A stretch of DNA of 64,000 nucleotides from Mobula birostris (taxonomy: Eukaryota), in NCBI RefSeq assembly GCF_030028105.1, contig NC_092388.1, forward strand, positions 57,604,581-57,668,580, written 5' to 3'. A model generated the notes under the pieces. The model made no database searches and was not told the origin of the DNA. It worked only from the letters and a program-made list of their open reading frames with translations. The position numbers and the translations under genes were made by a program. Position 1 is the first letter of the stretch. Each line of letters starts with the position of its first letter. Of this stretch, positions 26,263 through 39,719 are shown piece by piece.

Positions 26263-27004
26263 AATAGATGTATAGAGGCAGAAGTTTGAGAGATTGGTAG
26301 CAGAGAGCATTGGGGTAGGTGTGGGAGATGACAGAGAATGTAAGCTGCCAGGTGGGATTGGTGGAGACCAAGTGGAGACAAGTCTTGCTTCTGTGTGTGA
26401 GCCTGCCTATGAGCTGAACAATGTTGCACATGTGACATCTTTACTGTGCGTTGTGTTTAGCCTTGTTATATACACTCAGTAATCTGTTTGCATATTTGCA
26501 TGGTGCACTAGAAGGACCTGAAGCAAAAATTCAGACTACACTGCCAACCTTCCAAACAAAATTCCATTGTGCATCGCATAAAGATGTTGCAACATGTAAA
26601 AGAATTTCTCTCGTACTTCTCATCTCGCCTGAATATTGAATTCAGCTGATTGTGAACAGTAACTATCCGTCAGCTGCACTGTAAGGTGTAAACAAGATGC
26701 TGTTACAGATCCATACAGTATAATCCAGCATCACTGTTTGAGCTGGTTATTCAGTACAGGCAGATAATGATGGAAAAGCACCATCAAATACAGCAGGATT
26801 GTGCACTGATTTCTACCCCCTACATAATTTGCACAACCCATATTCTAACAGGAGTTGTAAAATTATATGCCTTCACAGACTGGTTTCCAGTAACCATAAT
26901 TGCTGCTATTACGATTTTAGAGTAAAAATGCTTTACTTGCCAGACATCAGCAGAGTTGCTGGTTTCAGCACAGACATTAGTCATTAGAAATTACAACGGG
27001 AGAT

Positions 27005-29370
27005 GGAAAATGCGTGCCAAAGGGCAATGTTGGGGGATTTCAATATGCAGGTAGATTGGGAAAATCAGGACTGTGCTGCCTCCCAAGAGGGAAATTTCTG
27101 GAGTACCTATGAGGTGGCTTTTTGGAGCAGCTCATCGTTGAGCCCACTAGGGGATCAGCTATTCTGGATTGGATGTTGTGCAATGAACTGGAATTGATTA
27201 GAGAGCTTAAGGTAAAGAAGCCCTGAGGGGAAAATGTTCATAATATGATCGAATTCACCCTGCAATTTGAGAAAGACAAGCTAAAGTCAGATGTATCAGT
27301 ATTACAGAGAAGTGAAGGGAATTACTGAGGCATGAGGGAGGAGTTGGTCGAAATTGATTAGAAAAGAACACTGGCAGGGATGACAGCAGAGCAGCACTGG
27401 CTGATATTCTGGAAGCAATTTGGAAGCACAGGATATATACACCCCAAAGAGGAAAGAAGTATTCTAAAGACAAGATGACACAACCATGGCTAACGAGAGA
27501 AGTCAAAGTCAAGATAAAAGCCAAAGAGAGGGCGTAAAATAGAGCAAAAATTAGTGCAAAGTTAGAGGATTGGGAAGTTTTTTAAAACCATCAGAAGGCA
27601 GCTAAAAAAGTCATAAAGAAGGAAAAGAGGGAATACGAAAGTAACCTAGTAAACAATACTAAAGAGGTTTTCTCAGATACATAAAATGTAATAGAGAGGC
27701 AAGAGTGGATATCGGATTCCTGGAAAATGCTGGAGAGGTGGAAATGGAGACCAGGAAATGGCAAATGAACTGAATAAGTATTTTGCATCTGTTTTCATTG
27801 TGGAAGGCACTAGCAGTATGTGGGAAATTCGAGTGTAACAGGGGGCAGAAGTGTGTTAAGTTGCCATTACTAAGGAGAAGGTTCTTGGGAAACTGAAAGG
27901 TCTGAAGGCCGATAAGTCATCTGAACCTGATGGTGTATTCACCAGGGTTCTGAAGGTGGTGGCTGAAGAGTTTGTCGAGGCATTAGTAATGGTCTTTCAA
28001 GAATCAATTAATTATTGTGTGGTTACAGAGGAATGGAAAGATGCCAATGTCACTCCACTCTTCAAGAAGGGAGAGAGGCAGAAAAAAGGAAATTATAGGC
28101 CAGTTAGTGTGACCTCAGTGGTTGGGAAGATGTTCGAGTTGACTGTTAAGGATGTGGTTTTGGGGTACAGAGGTAGATAATAAAGTAAGCCCTAGTCAGC
28201 ATGGTTTGATTAAATGAAAACCATGCCTGCTAAATCTGTTGGAATTCTTTGAGGAAATAACAAGTAGGATAGATGAAGGAGAATTGGTGGATGTTGTGTA
28301 CTTGGATTTTCACAAGCTGCTGCACATGAAGGCTGCTTAAGAGCCCATGGTATTACAGGAAAGATACTAGCAATGATAGAGCACTGGCTGATTGGAAGTA
28401 TACAAAGAATGGGAATAAAGGGAGCCTTTTCTGGTTAGCTGCCAGTGGCTAGTGGTTAGTGTGGGATGCCTCTTTTTACATTATATATCATTGACTTGGA
28501 TGGCAGAACGGATGGCATTGTGGCCAAGTTTGCAGAAGATATGAAGGCAGGTGGACGGGCAGGTAGTTTTGAGGACGTAGAGAGGTTACAGAAGGACTTG
28601 GGCTAAGTAGGAGAATTACAAAGAAGGGGCAGATGGAATATAGTGTCATGAAGTGCATGATCATGCAAATTATTAGAAGAAATAAAATGGTAGAAAAAAT
28701 ACAAAATACTGAGGTGCTAAGGGACTTGACAGTCCTTGTGCAGGATTCCCTAAAGGTTAAATTGCATGTTGAGTCAGTGGTGAGGAAGGCATTTTGAGAA
28801 GATTAGAATATAAAAGAAAGGATGTAATATTGAGTCTTTATAAAGCACTGGTGAGGCCTCACTTGGAATATTGTGAGCAGTTTTGGACCTCTTATCTAAG
28901 AAAGAAGGTTCACAAAAATTACTCTGTGATTGAAAGGCTTGTCACATGAGCAGTGCTGGATGGCATTCAGAAGAATGATGGGTGACATTGAAATATATCG
29001 GATATTAAAAGGCCTAGATAGAGTAGATGTGGAGAGGTTGTTTCCAATGGTGGGAGAGTCTATGACCAGAGGGCCCAGTCTCAGAATAGAGGGATGTCCA
29101 TTTAGAATAGAGATAATGAGGAATTTCCTTAGCCAGAGAATAGTGTATCTGTGGAATTCGTTGCCACAGGTTGCTGTGGAGGCCAAGTCATTGGGTATAC
29201 TTAAGACAGAGGTTGATAGATTCTTGATTTGTCAGGGTATGAAAAGATATGGGGAGAAGACAGGAGATTGGGGATGAGTGGGAAAATTGGATCAGCCATG
29301 GCAAAATGGAAGAGCAGACTTGATGGACCAAGTGGCCAATGTTGCTCCTATCTGTTATGGCCTTATAGTC
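27005..29370 (+). mobile_element. Degenerate CR1 LINE ORF2 with 3' tail
   Basis: MLGDFNMQVDWENQ (APE), WKDANVTPLFKKGERQKKGNYRPVSVTS, SQRIVYLWNSLPQ, and 3' gatcagccatg...ctcctatctgttatgg. Confidence 0.9.
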
Positions 29371-29947
29371 ATAATCACCAATGAAATGGATCCAGTAATC
29401 AGTGATCTGTTGTTGGACCATATTAATTTGGTCTTTGCCTGAAGTTCCAAGTTAGCTTGCTGTAGGGACTCCATGCACACTGCTTCAGGCAACAGGGGAA
29501 GAATATACCCATGTAGAGCTAATCCTTATGACTTCCCTTGGACATGGCTGCTCCAGGAGGTATGTATGACCTTTCCAGGCAAACACAAAGTGTTAGCCCA
29601 TACTGAGATTCTTCCTGTCCTACCAGAATGTTGGACCTGATCATGTTAGCCAAACAGAGACGGGATGTCTTGGCAGGTTATATTATGTTCCCATATCTGT
29701 CCTGCTGGAGAAGTACTGGAAGGGATTTCCTTCCACTACAAAAAGTATCAGGCACTGTCAACTGAAGAGCACTTAAAATGCTAACATGAGAAGGGAGAGT
29801 TGACTCAGTGAACATTTCCCCAGTCAGCTAGTTGATGACATTTGGGAAAGTATCTTATCGCCAAATGTATACAATGACACCATAATATAGCCTGATTGGT
29901 GTTGTGGAAGACTGTCTGTTCAGTCCTTCCAATAAGATTGGAACAAA

Positions 29948-30590
29948 ATTCAAAGTAAATTTATTATCAAAGTACTGAAATTCCGTTTTTGTTTTTGGCA
30001 TTCACAGTAAATACAAGAAACACAATAGAATCAATGAAAGACCTCATCCAACAGGATAGACAAGCAACTAATGTGGAAAAGACAACAAACTGTACAATAC
30101 AAAAACAAATAATAATAATAAATAAATAAATAAGCAATAAATATTGAGAACATAAGATATGGAGAGTCCTTGAAAGTGACTCTTAGACTGTGGGAACAGT
30201 TCAGTGATGGGGCGAGTGAAGTTTTCCCGTCTGGTTGAAAAGTCTGATGGTTGGGGGGTAATAACTGTTCTTCAACCTGGTGGTGTGGGTCCTGAGGCTC
30301 CTGTACGTGATGACACAGTGAGAAGAGAGCATGGCCTGAATGGGGCGGAGTGCCCTTGATGATGGATGCTGCTTCCCTGTGACAGTGCTCCATGCCCAGT
30401 GGTGGAGAGGACTTTATCTGTGATGGGTTGGGCCTTATCCACAACTTTTTGTAGGATTTTCCATTCAAGGGCATTGGTATTTCCAGACCAGGCCATGATG
30501 CAGCCAGTCAATGTACTCTCCATCACACATCTATAGATGTTTTTCAAAATTTTAGATGACATGCAAATCTTCGCAAACTTCTAAGAAAGC
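29948..30590 (-). mobile_element. Rex1/Babar-like LINE 3' fragment
   Basis: YRCVMESTLTGCIMAWSGN...LQKVVDKAQPIT. Confidence 0.8.
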
Positions 30591-32214
30591 ATTCTCCTAG
30601 ATCCCGTGGAATGGACTCAAAACAGCCCATAGCTAAGCACAAGCCTAAGGATGGATGCAGTATTTTGTCACCCCAAACTATCTATCTTTGCACAGTATTG
30701 TCAAGAGGATACAGTCTATATATATATATGTCCCAAACAAAAAAAAAGTTAGATTGTTCAAGATACTAATGCAATGACTATGTAATCTATAGCTGCTGTT
30801 TGTATGAACTATGTAAATAATATCTTTCCATGGAAATTTTATTCCATGAAATGAAGCAATGAATCTTGTAAATTTTTCACTTGTTGAATACGCAGTGAGA
30901 GATTAAATAGATTGGAAAAAGGTATCAACTACTGGGGTTTGATGAGGCTTGTGCATTTGAATTGACACTAGATGTTCAGTCTTGCCTTCCATGATATTAC
31001 CCAAGTCAATGTATTGCTTTAAAATTGAAAAAAAAAGATTCTATTATTACATTTTATTATCCTGCATCTCTTGCCTGGCTACTTTTAGGGCCAACCACAA
31101 GGGCTGATCCAGAATATGTTTGGGGAAGGACATCAGAGTCCCTTTTCTGAGTGACATAAGTGAGGCTTTTCCTGACAATCCAGTAGTTTACTCTTCATCA
31201 TTATAAGCTGTAACTGAGTCATGGATGGGTTCCATTTTTATAGATGTCCATGCGTCAATTTTGTTCATGTTGGTTACTCTATGATGATCACACCTTTACA
31301 GTATTGTAATGAATGTCATCAAAAGAACACAAGACTGGTAAGAAAGAACAACTACTAAAAGTGGAGAGAGTGGGGGAACTAGTTATGTCATTCATAGGAA
31401 TGAAAATATGTACTTTGGACTGCTGAATTTAATAACATTATGGCAATTAGTTCCTCTGTGGGGTTGTAACCTGTGGACTGCCTGCATTTAGCTTTCTAGA
31501 GAGGGGCCAAATGGCCTACTCATTCTTTTGCTTCATATTATGCCAGGAGAGCTTCCAGCTTCCAGTCAAAGAGTAACTCATTTGGGCTTTGAAGAAACAG
31601 TCTGGGTGTTTTTATAATATTTCACCTGGAAACTCAGCACTCAAAGAATATCTTACTTGGTTAACACTGCATGTTATATGAGCCATACCTAGGTGCTGAA
31701 GTCTGAAGACACGATGTTCTGATCCGTGGTATGTGATCTTTGAGTAGGATGCACGCCTTCAATGTATCATTTGAGGTTTAAGTCCTGCCAGCTGCTTTAT
31801 TGATGAGCACATCAGTTCATTCACAGCTAACACCCTGTGAAGGTAGTAAGAATGGATAAATCATGATGTCAATTTGTTTGGTACAGTTATTGCTGCTTTT
31901 GATCATGCCTTGCCAATAATGTGTCATCATGAGGAAGGATTGCTCTTCATTTAGCTGGAGAGTAGTTGCCAGAGGAATTATGTGGCTTGGCATTCCAGAT
32001 TTCTTCATGGTGCGGGACCCACTGACTGTAAACTGACTAGTTTGCAGGCAGTATTTTGTATCTGTCATGTCTGATTGGGATTCTATCTTCTCAATGAGTG
32101 CTACTTGATCGGGATTATCAATGATATTCAGCAATGTTAGTTGCTATTTGATTTTATCAGTCTGTTGTGATGAGTGCACTCTTCTTTGTGGCTTTATGTT
32201 GGGAGAGCAGCATT

Positions 32215-32690
32215 GGTGCTGGTGAGGCAAAAAGACTAAGTAAAAAGGCTGGCTCCATCCTTGGCTACAACCCAGACTCTTTGAGTTAACGGTGGAGAGC
32301 AGGTCACTAAGCAAATCGTCATCCATTATGGACAATCTGGCACATCTTCTCCATGACCTACTGAACAGGCAGTGGAGCCCCTTTTCGAAGAGACGCACTC
32401 AGCTCTGCTGTCACAAGGATCGTTACAGAAAACCTTTCCTACCAAGTACAATAAGCATATACAACAGTTCACCTCTGTGAGACAGGAGACCACACATCGT
32501 AGTACAGTAGTCTGTTTTATTATTTCGTACATTATTATTGCACATTGGTAAGTTATTATTGCGTATATTATTATTCTGTACTTTATTATTAGTTAAGTCT
32601 GAACACTGCTAAGAGTGTTTTTAAATGTTGCTGCCGTAACGAGAGAATTTCCCACTGAGGATAAATAACGTATTTATTATTATTATTATT
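32215..32690 (+). mobile_element. Rex1-related LINE 3' end with (att)n tail
   Basis: SIMDNLAHLLH...KDRYRKPFLPSTISIYN followed by tail tttattattattattatt. Confidence 0.65.
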
Positions 32691-33644
32691 TCTGCTGGGC
32701 TTTGCTATGCTTCTGATGTTAGGAACTTTAGTACTAGAGGTATTAAAGGGCTACTAAATTCTACAGGCAGTGTGTGGTGAATACCTATGGGCATTGACCA
32801 GATTCCACCCCCAGGAAATTGCCCCACACCTTTCCTTTGAACTTACTCTGCCTCACCTTAAATGCATGGCCTCTAGTTACTTTGACCCTGGGGGAAAGTT
32901 TCTAGCTGTCTACTATAACTATGCATCTCATAATTTTTAAAATTTCTATCAGGAAAAGCAATCTGAAGATGATTATTGAGCACTGTCCCATTTTGGGGAA
33001 GTTACATGCTTGGACTAGTGGTAATGAAAATCCCACTGGAAAATTGAAAGTTTCCTTTTGGATGCCTTGAGCCTTGGAGATGTGGGCACGTGTGGGCCTT
33101 TCTCTGGGCTAAGTCTATTTTCAGCTGTACAACAGGGTTGTGCTTTACACAGCCTCAGTCGTATCCTGGACTAACATACTGGCAGCCTCAGTGATCTGTT
33201 GTAAGGCTGGGCTGCTGTGGGACTCTGCTCACAGTGATCCTACCCCCTGTGTTAGCAGCATGAACAATGTTACTCTTCAGGGGAGAATTCTGAGCATCCA
33301 CTGCAGCACACAGATGTCAGGTGATTGTTGCTTTGTGGCTCAGTATTTCCCAAAGGTGGAGTTAATGGGGCCCTAATGTCTGCCATAGCCCATCAGACTT
33401 CATTGTACACACACCCTTTGGTGCACCTCCCAATGCATTTGGTAATTCATTGAGTAGAACTGTTACCTTTCTGCTTTAGTCTCACAATGAGCTAATGTGA
33501 GTCATCTGTCCTTGAGTTGATGTGTGGCTTGCCCACTGTGAAATTAGCATCAGTACCACTCTTGTCCCTTGGCTTTTTTGCAGGGCACAAAACCCAGTGT
33601 TTCAACTAGATTACATGCAGTATTACTGTGTGAGCTACTGGTTG

Positions 33645-34020
33645 TAGAGTCATAGAGAAGTACAGCAAAGAAACAGGATCCTCGGCCCATCTACGTTCTG
33701 AATCATCTAAACTGCCTACTCCCATGTCATTTGCACTGCGACCATATCCCTCCATACCCCTAGCATCCATGTACCTATTCAAACTTTTCTTAAACTTCAA
33801 AATTGAGCTTGCATGTACCTTTTGCACTGGCAGTTTGTTCCACACTCTCATAACCATCTGAGTGAAGAAGTTTTCCTTCATCTTCCCCTTCAACTTTTCA
33901 CCTTTCACACTTAACCCATGATCTCTAGTTGTCATCCCGCCCAATCTCAGTGGAAAAAGCTTGATTGCATTTACCCTATTGATACCCTCATAATTTTCTG
34001 CTTTTCAATGAATAAAGTCC
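33645..34020 (-). mobile_element. CR1 3' fragment
   Basis: TRDHGLSVKGEK...FFTQMVMRVWNKLP...FKKSLNRYM. Confidence 0.8.
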
Positions 34021-34429
34021 TAAAGACTCCCTTCAGTCCTCGTGATTCACCAGGCTAGTTCCTGGAATTAGACCATTGCCCTACCAAATAAGGCTGTACA
34101 GACTGAGCCTGAATCCTTTTGAATTTAGAAGAAGAATAAGTAACCTTATTAAGATCCAGAGCATTCATGATAAGGATTGATGTTAAAATGCTTCCAGTAG
34201 TGGCAGAGTCTCTAACAAGGGGACGTAATTACAAGAGGCCAGCCATTCAAAATGTCTCCAGAGGGTTATGGAGGTTCGATCATTAAGGTGGAGCTGGGTA
34301 CATTTTTGAAAGATAGGGGAATTGAATCATTTGGAACTGACACAGAAGGGAATTGAAGGCAGTATTGATCAGCCATGATCTTATTGAATAACAGAGCAAG
34401 CCTGAAAGGTTTGGTGGTCTTTCATTTAA

Positions 34430-34716
34430 TTTTTATTTATTGAGATACAGTGCAGAATAGGCCCTTCCGGCACTTTGAGCTGCATTGCCCAGCAATCCCC
34501 TGATTTAACCCTAGCCTAATCATGGGACAGTTTACAATGACTAATTAACCTACCAACTAGCATATCTTTGGACTATGAGAGGAGACCGGAGCACCTGGAG
34601 GAAACCCACACGGTCATGGGGAGAACGTACAAACTCCTTCCAGGCAGTGTGTGAATTGAACCCGGGTCACCTATACTGTAAAGTGTTGTGCTAACACTAT
34701 GCTACCGTGCCACCGC
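34430..34716 (-). mobile_element. Near-complete V-SINE/HE1-like tRNA-derived SINE
   Basis: Minus strand: ggtggcacggtagcatagtgttagc (A box), ccgggttcaattc (B box), and core gtttgtacgttctccccatgaccgtgtgggtttcctcc. Confidence 0.8.
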
Positions 34717-34959
34717 AACCCCCCCCCCCCCCCCGCTCCTATTTGCTCCGGAGCTGATGCTGTTTTACGCCCACCTAGTTATTAGGTCCTGGATATCTGA
34801 AAGAAGCATGAGGTGAGAGGAAGGATGGAAACTGAGAACTGTGTGCTTCCCCCATCTGCAGCTTGATATTCAGAAGACATTGTGAGATGAAGGTGAAATG
34901 AATTTATAAGGATTAGGCCATTGTTGCTCACTATCACTTCAGCCCACTACCTCAATAAT

Positions 34960-35551
34960 AGGACCTTGCTCCAATTTGCCTACTGGAACTACAGGTTCAC
35001 AGCAGATGCCATATCATTGGCTCATCACTCAACCCTGGCACATCTGGACCACAAAAATGCATACACCAGGATGCTCTTTATCGACTGCAGCTCAGCATTC
35101 AACAATTATTATCCCCTCAAATCTAATCAATAAGCTTCAAGACCTTGGACTCAATACCTCCTTGTGAAATTCGATCCTCGATTTTCTCACTTGCAGACCC
35201 TAGTCAGTTCAGATTAGCAACGATATCTCCTCCATAATATCCATCAGCACCGGTGCACCACAAGGCTCTATGTTCAGCCGCCTGTCCTGCTCACTTTATA
35301 CTTATGTCTGTGTGGCTAAGCACAGCTCCAGTGCCATGTTTAAGTTTTCTGATGACACCAATGTTGTTGGCTGAGTCAAAGGTGGTGATGAGACACCATA
35401 TAGGAGGGAGATTGAAAATCTGGCTGAGTGGTGTCATAACAGTAACCACTCACTCAATGTCAACAAGACCAAGGAGGATGATATTAGGCTTTAAGAGGAG
35501 GAAACCGGAGGTCCATGAGCCAGTACTCGTCGGAGGATCAGAGATAGAGAG
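34960..35551 (+). mobile_element. Rex1/Babar-like RT fragment, upstream host of the Gypsy element
   Basis: LQFAY...DAISLAHHSTLAHLDHKNAYTRMLFIDCSSAFN. Confidence 0.85.
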
Positions 35552-38500
35552 TGTAGTGTATTAATATTTCAGTAATATTGTAACTATATTGTTTCATTAA
35601 GCATTTTTTGTGTACATAATTCATTCTGAGTTATATATAAGAAGTATGTGACTGGTGTACATCATATTATACCACCACATCATATTTGTGCGCCTCACTG
35701 ATGTAACTATGTACATGAATATCCCCGGGCTCCTGTGATTTTCTTTCAGTTAATTTCTGGAGATACAAAACATATCAGAGGTGACAGGCAAGTTTCAAAA
35801 CAAACCTGAAATGACTACATACCAGTTGCTGTGTAGCATGTATTTCTTTGGAAGGGGAAAAAGACAATAGAATTCAAAAAAGAAGGCAGAAAATGGATGA
35901 AATTTACAGGTTCATAAACAGTGAGTACAGGGTAATAATAAATACTGTAAATAGAAATCAGAAATGGCTGGCTATATCAGAAAGAAAACATGGATACAAC
36001 AGATAACTGGATGATGCACACTGAAAAAATTGAGCAGTATCATGAAGGGAATTAAATAGCCGATGAGAAATGAGTGCCAGTTTTGCTGAGTGCAATTGGT
36101 AGAAAAGCATACAGTTTACTTAGATGTTTAACTACTCTAATCAAACCAGCTGAAATGAGCTTGGCTGATATCGTGAATTTAATGCGGGAACATTTAGAAC
36201 CAAAACCATTGTTGATTGCAGAACCCTTTAGATTTCATAAGTGGAATCAAAATGAAGGGGAGTCCATTTCAGCTTACATATCTTAAATGAAGAGACTGTC
36301 TGAGCATTGTCAGTTTAGTAATGGGCTTAATGATGCTCTAAACGATCATTTAGATTGTAGAATCTAGCAAGAAAGCATTCAAAAACAGCTCCTAACTGAA
36401 GCACAACTTGCATTTAAAAAAGAAGTTGAAATCACAGTACCAATGGAAACAGCAGCAAGAGATGCAATTGAGTTGCAGTCAGGAATGAAAGTGAGTGTAA
36501 ACAAAATTGAAACATCTAAACTTGAATTTGCCTGAACGAACAAATTGTCTTACTGTTGTGACAGAGTCTGACATACACCAGACCAATGCAGGTTTAAAGA
36601 CGAAACTTGCAAGAAAATGCAACTAAGAAGGACACATAGAAAGAGCATGAGGGCCAGATGAACATAAATGGTCTACAATGGGAAACAAAAAAGATAAAAA
36701 GTCAAGTTGCAGTTTCAAAAAGAGCACTAATCAGCATGCTGTTGATGAAAAATTTGTTAATGATGAGAGTGACACAGAACTGGGTAGCCTTGATAATTTA
36801 CGAGGTGAAAACTAATAATAAACAAGTAACATGGCTTACACTAGAAATAAATATCAAATTAATTAAAATGGAATTGGACACTGGTTTGGTTGTTTCTGTC
36901 ATTCTACAAAATGAATTTGAACGGCATTTCAAAGGTACTGAACTGAATCCTGCAGATATCCAATTAAGAACTTACACTGGAGAAAAGATAACTTCTGTTG
37001 GAATGACATTCATAACTGTGAAATACAACCACCAACAAGCCTTGTTGGGGCCATGATTGGCTGAGACAACTACAACTTGATCAGAGATCCAACCACTGCT
37101 ACATGCTACCTCCTCTGCAATAAAGCCAACTGAAAATGAATTAAGAGAGTTACTGGATAATGTCATAGCAGTGTTCAAGGATGGCATTGGAAAACTCAAA
37201 CATATCAAGGATAAAATAGGGTTAAATAAAAATGCTGCACCCAAGTTTTACAAAGGCCACCTGTTTCCTTATACTGTCCATGATAACGTGGCCAGTGAGC
37301 TAGATTGCATGGAGACTGAAGGAATTCTTTCCAAGGCTGGGTGGTGACACTGGGCAACAGCATTAGTCCCAATAGCCACAACATCTCAAGTCTGCATGGC
37401 CACTCAAACTGGTTAGAGTGTCTAGCAGAAAATTCCAGTTCTCCATTTTTACCAATGCCAGGATGAACTTGCCCTTGACAGGGGTTGCTTTGTGTGGGGA
37501 TTGAGAGTTACTGTACCATCCACACTGACAGCTAAAGTGTTGGAGGAGCTACATGCTGGTTATGTAAGTGTGGTCAAAATCAAAGGCTTGCCTGATGGCC
37601 TGGGGTAGACCAACGGATTGAGCAGCTTGCCGTGACCTGTTTGGGATGCCAACACATCCAGAAGATGCAAAGAGTAGAGCCTTTCCAACCATGAAAATAT
37701 CCCGCATTTTCCTGGCAGAAGATTCATGTAGTTTTTGCTGGGTCATTCACGGGCACAATTTTTCCTAGTAGTGGATGTAGTTAGAAAGTGGCCAGAAATG
37801 TTTCTAATAGCCTCCACTACAGCCTTGCAAACTGTTGATGAGTGGAGAAGCCTCTTCTCAAGGATTGGTGTTCCAGAACACTGTCAGTGACAATGGACTG
37901 CATTTTGTTGCTCAACTGTTTCAGTCATTCCTGAAAATGAATGGAATAAGACATATTACATTTGCACTATACCACCCAGCTACAAATGGCGTGGCGGTGT
38001 TAGTTCAGAGTCTAAAGAACGCACTATGAACAATGTGAGCAGAACACACTACACTGACATTGAATCAAAAAATCGCCAATATCCTCCTTGCATGTCACAA
38101 TGCAGCCCACTCCACAACCAACATCTCACTAACTATGCTGTTCCTGTGTCGTCCCTAGAGCTCACACTTGATCTCCTCAAACCCAATCTCAGAAGGGGTA
38201 AGCAGAACAAACAGCTGAGACAAATTGAGGGCTCCTCAAACAAGGAGATTCAATGTTACAATGCTGGACAAGCAGTCCCAGTGAGGGATTACAGTGGTGA
38301 TCAAAAGTAGGAATTTGGAAAGATTAAGGACAGAACTACATCACTCTCCTAAACAGTGGAGATTGTGTCTGAAGATGATATATCGATCAGTTCAGGAGAG
38401 CAGAGTCAATTGTGAGAGAAGAAAGGTATTCAGAGCTCTCAGAAACACTTCCTGCAGACCCGGAGTCAACTTCAGCAACCACCACGGAGGAGGCCCCAGA

Positions 38501-39719
38501 ACCTGAGATTGTTTCATAGCCACAAGTCTCACCTGCCAAGCGAAGTGACCACCCTTTTCAGGAAGATATTAACCCACAAGAATAAGAAATCCTCTGCAGT
38601 GATTAAATCTTTAGGCCTGAATAGGGACAATTTAAAATTTACTATGCTGTAGATTTGCATATAGTAATTGTATTGTATAGTATTGTGTGTGTGTGTGTGT
38701 GTGTATACAGTATATAGATGACCAGAGAGCAATACATTACATTATTTGAGTTGAGGTGCATTCTATACTGAGTTGGAATTTATATAGCTAAGCAGGGAGA
38801 ATGTATTTAATACTTCAGTAATATTTGCGTAATATTGATTAAGTATTCTTGTTTGTTTACACGTCGAAGCTGCACCCTCTCTAACATGCTGGTAGAGAGA
38901 GTTTTATTTGGGTTTTCTTTAGCGCTGGAAATGGTTACATCCCGACACGTGGGACAGAAGCAAGGTCGCATTGCGTATTTCACGGACCAGCAAATCCCGG
39001 CCGGCTTAGCTAACAGAGCGGTGGACACCCCTGCCGAAATCCGGAGGAAAACACACAGATGGGGATCACAAAGCCGAGGAAAGAGGACCGGGTCGAGACA
39101 ACAGAGGCTTTTGGAGAAGAGGATTTCGGTGGTTAATACCATTCCGGCTGACCGGAAGTACTACACTGAGAGCGGTAAGCGTAAAGGAGTTTCGTGCTTA
39201 CTGATCTGGCTAACAACGGATGGTGCAATCTAGAGTATATTACAATCGAGGAACATGTTTGCAGACTGGATACTGAACTTTTTACTGTTGGACTTCGGCC
39301 ACATTCCACTGTGATACAACACTGGCGGCACGGTAGGTCGTTCCTGCCTGTGGCCATCGAACGTGCAGCTCCTCCCATGGAGCTCAGACACCCTGAGCCA
39401 ATAGACTGGTCCTGGACTTATTTTCCATCTGGCATAGTTTGCATTTTGTTGTTTGATTGTTGGGTTTTTTGGATTGCTATATTTACGCTCTATTCTTGGT
39501 TGGTGCGGCTGTAATGAAACCAAATTTCCCTCGGGATTAATAAAGTATATCTATCTATCTAATTCATTACGCGTTATATATAAAAGTATGTGAATGACAT
39601 ATGTCATCATGCCACCACTTCATATGTGAGTACCTCACTAGAGAAAAACTAAGTACACAAATATCCCCGGGCTCCTGTGTTTTTCTTTTGATCAGTTTCT
39701 GGTGTTACAAAACATAACA
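35552..39719 (+). mobile_element. Degenerate Ty3/Gypsy LTR retrotransposon (gag, protease, integrase; RT/RNase H missing)
   Basis: 5' LTR tgtagtgtatt...caaaacatatca (35552-35777). 3' LTR 38802-39719 after a purine tract agcagggagaa. Shared atatccccgggctcctgtg. Gag HLEPKPLLIAEPFRFH, protease MELDTG, integrase VSDNGLHF...YHPATNG. Confidence 0.88.
38861..39560 (+). mobile_element. ~700-bp CpG-rich retroposon inserted in the 3' LTR, probably an internally deleted Rex1-related LINE
   Basis: Interrupts LTR sequence gtttaca|taattcatt. Ends aataaagtatatctatctatc. Carries a basic RGKRTGSRQQRLLEKR stretch. Confidence 0.6.

Noticed and set aside
31850-32150. Possible ancient LINE RT remnant (also ~44640-45180)
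   Set aside because: Too degenerate to assign without a profile search.
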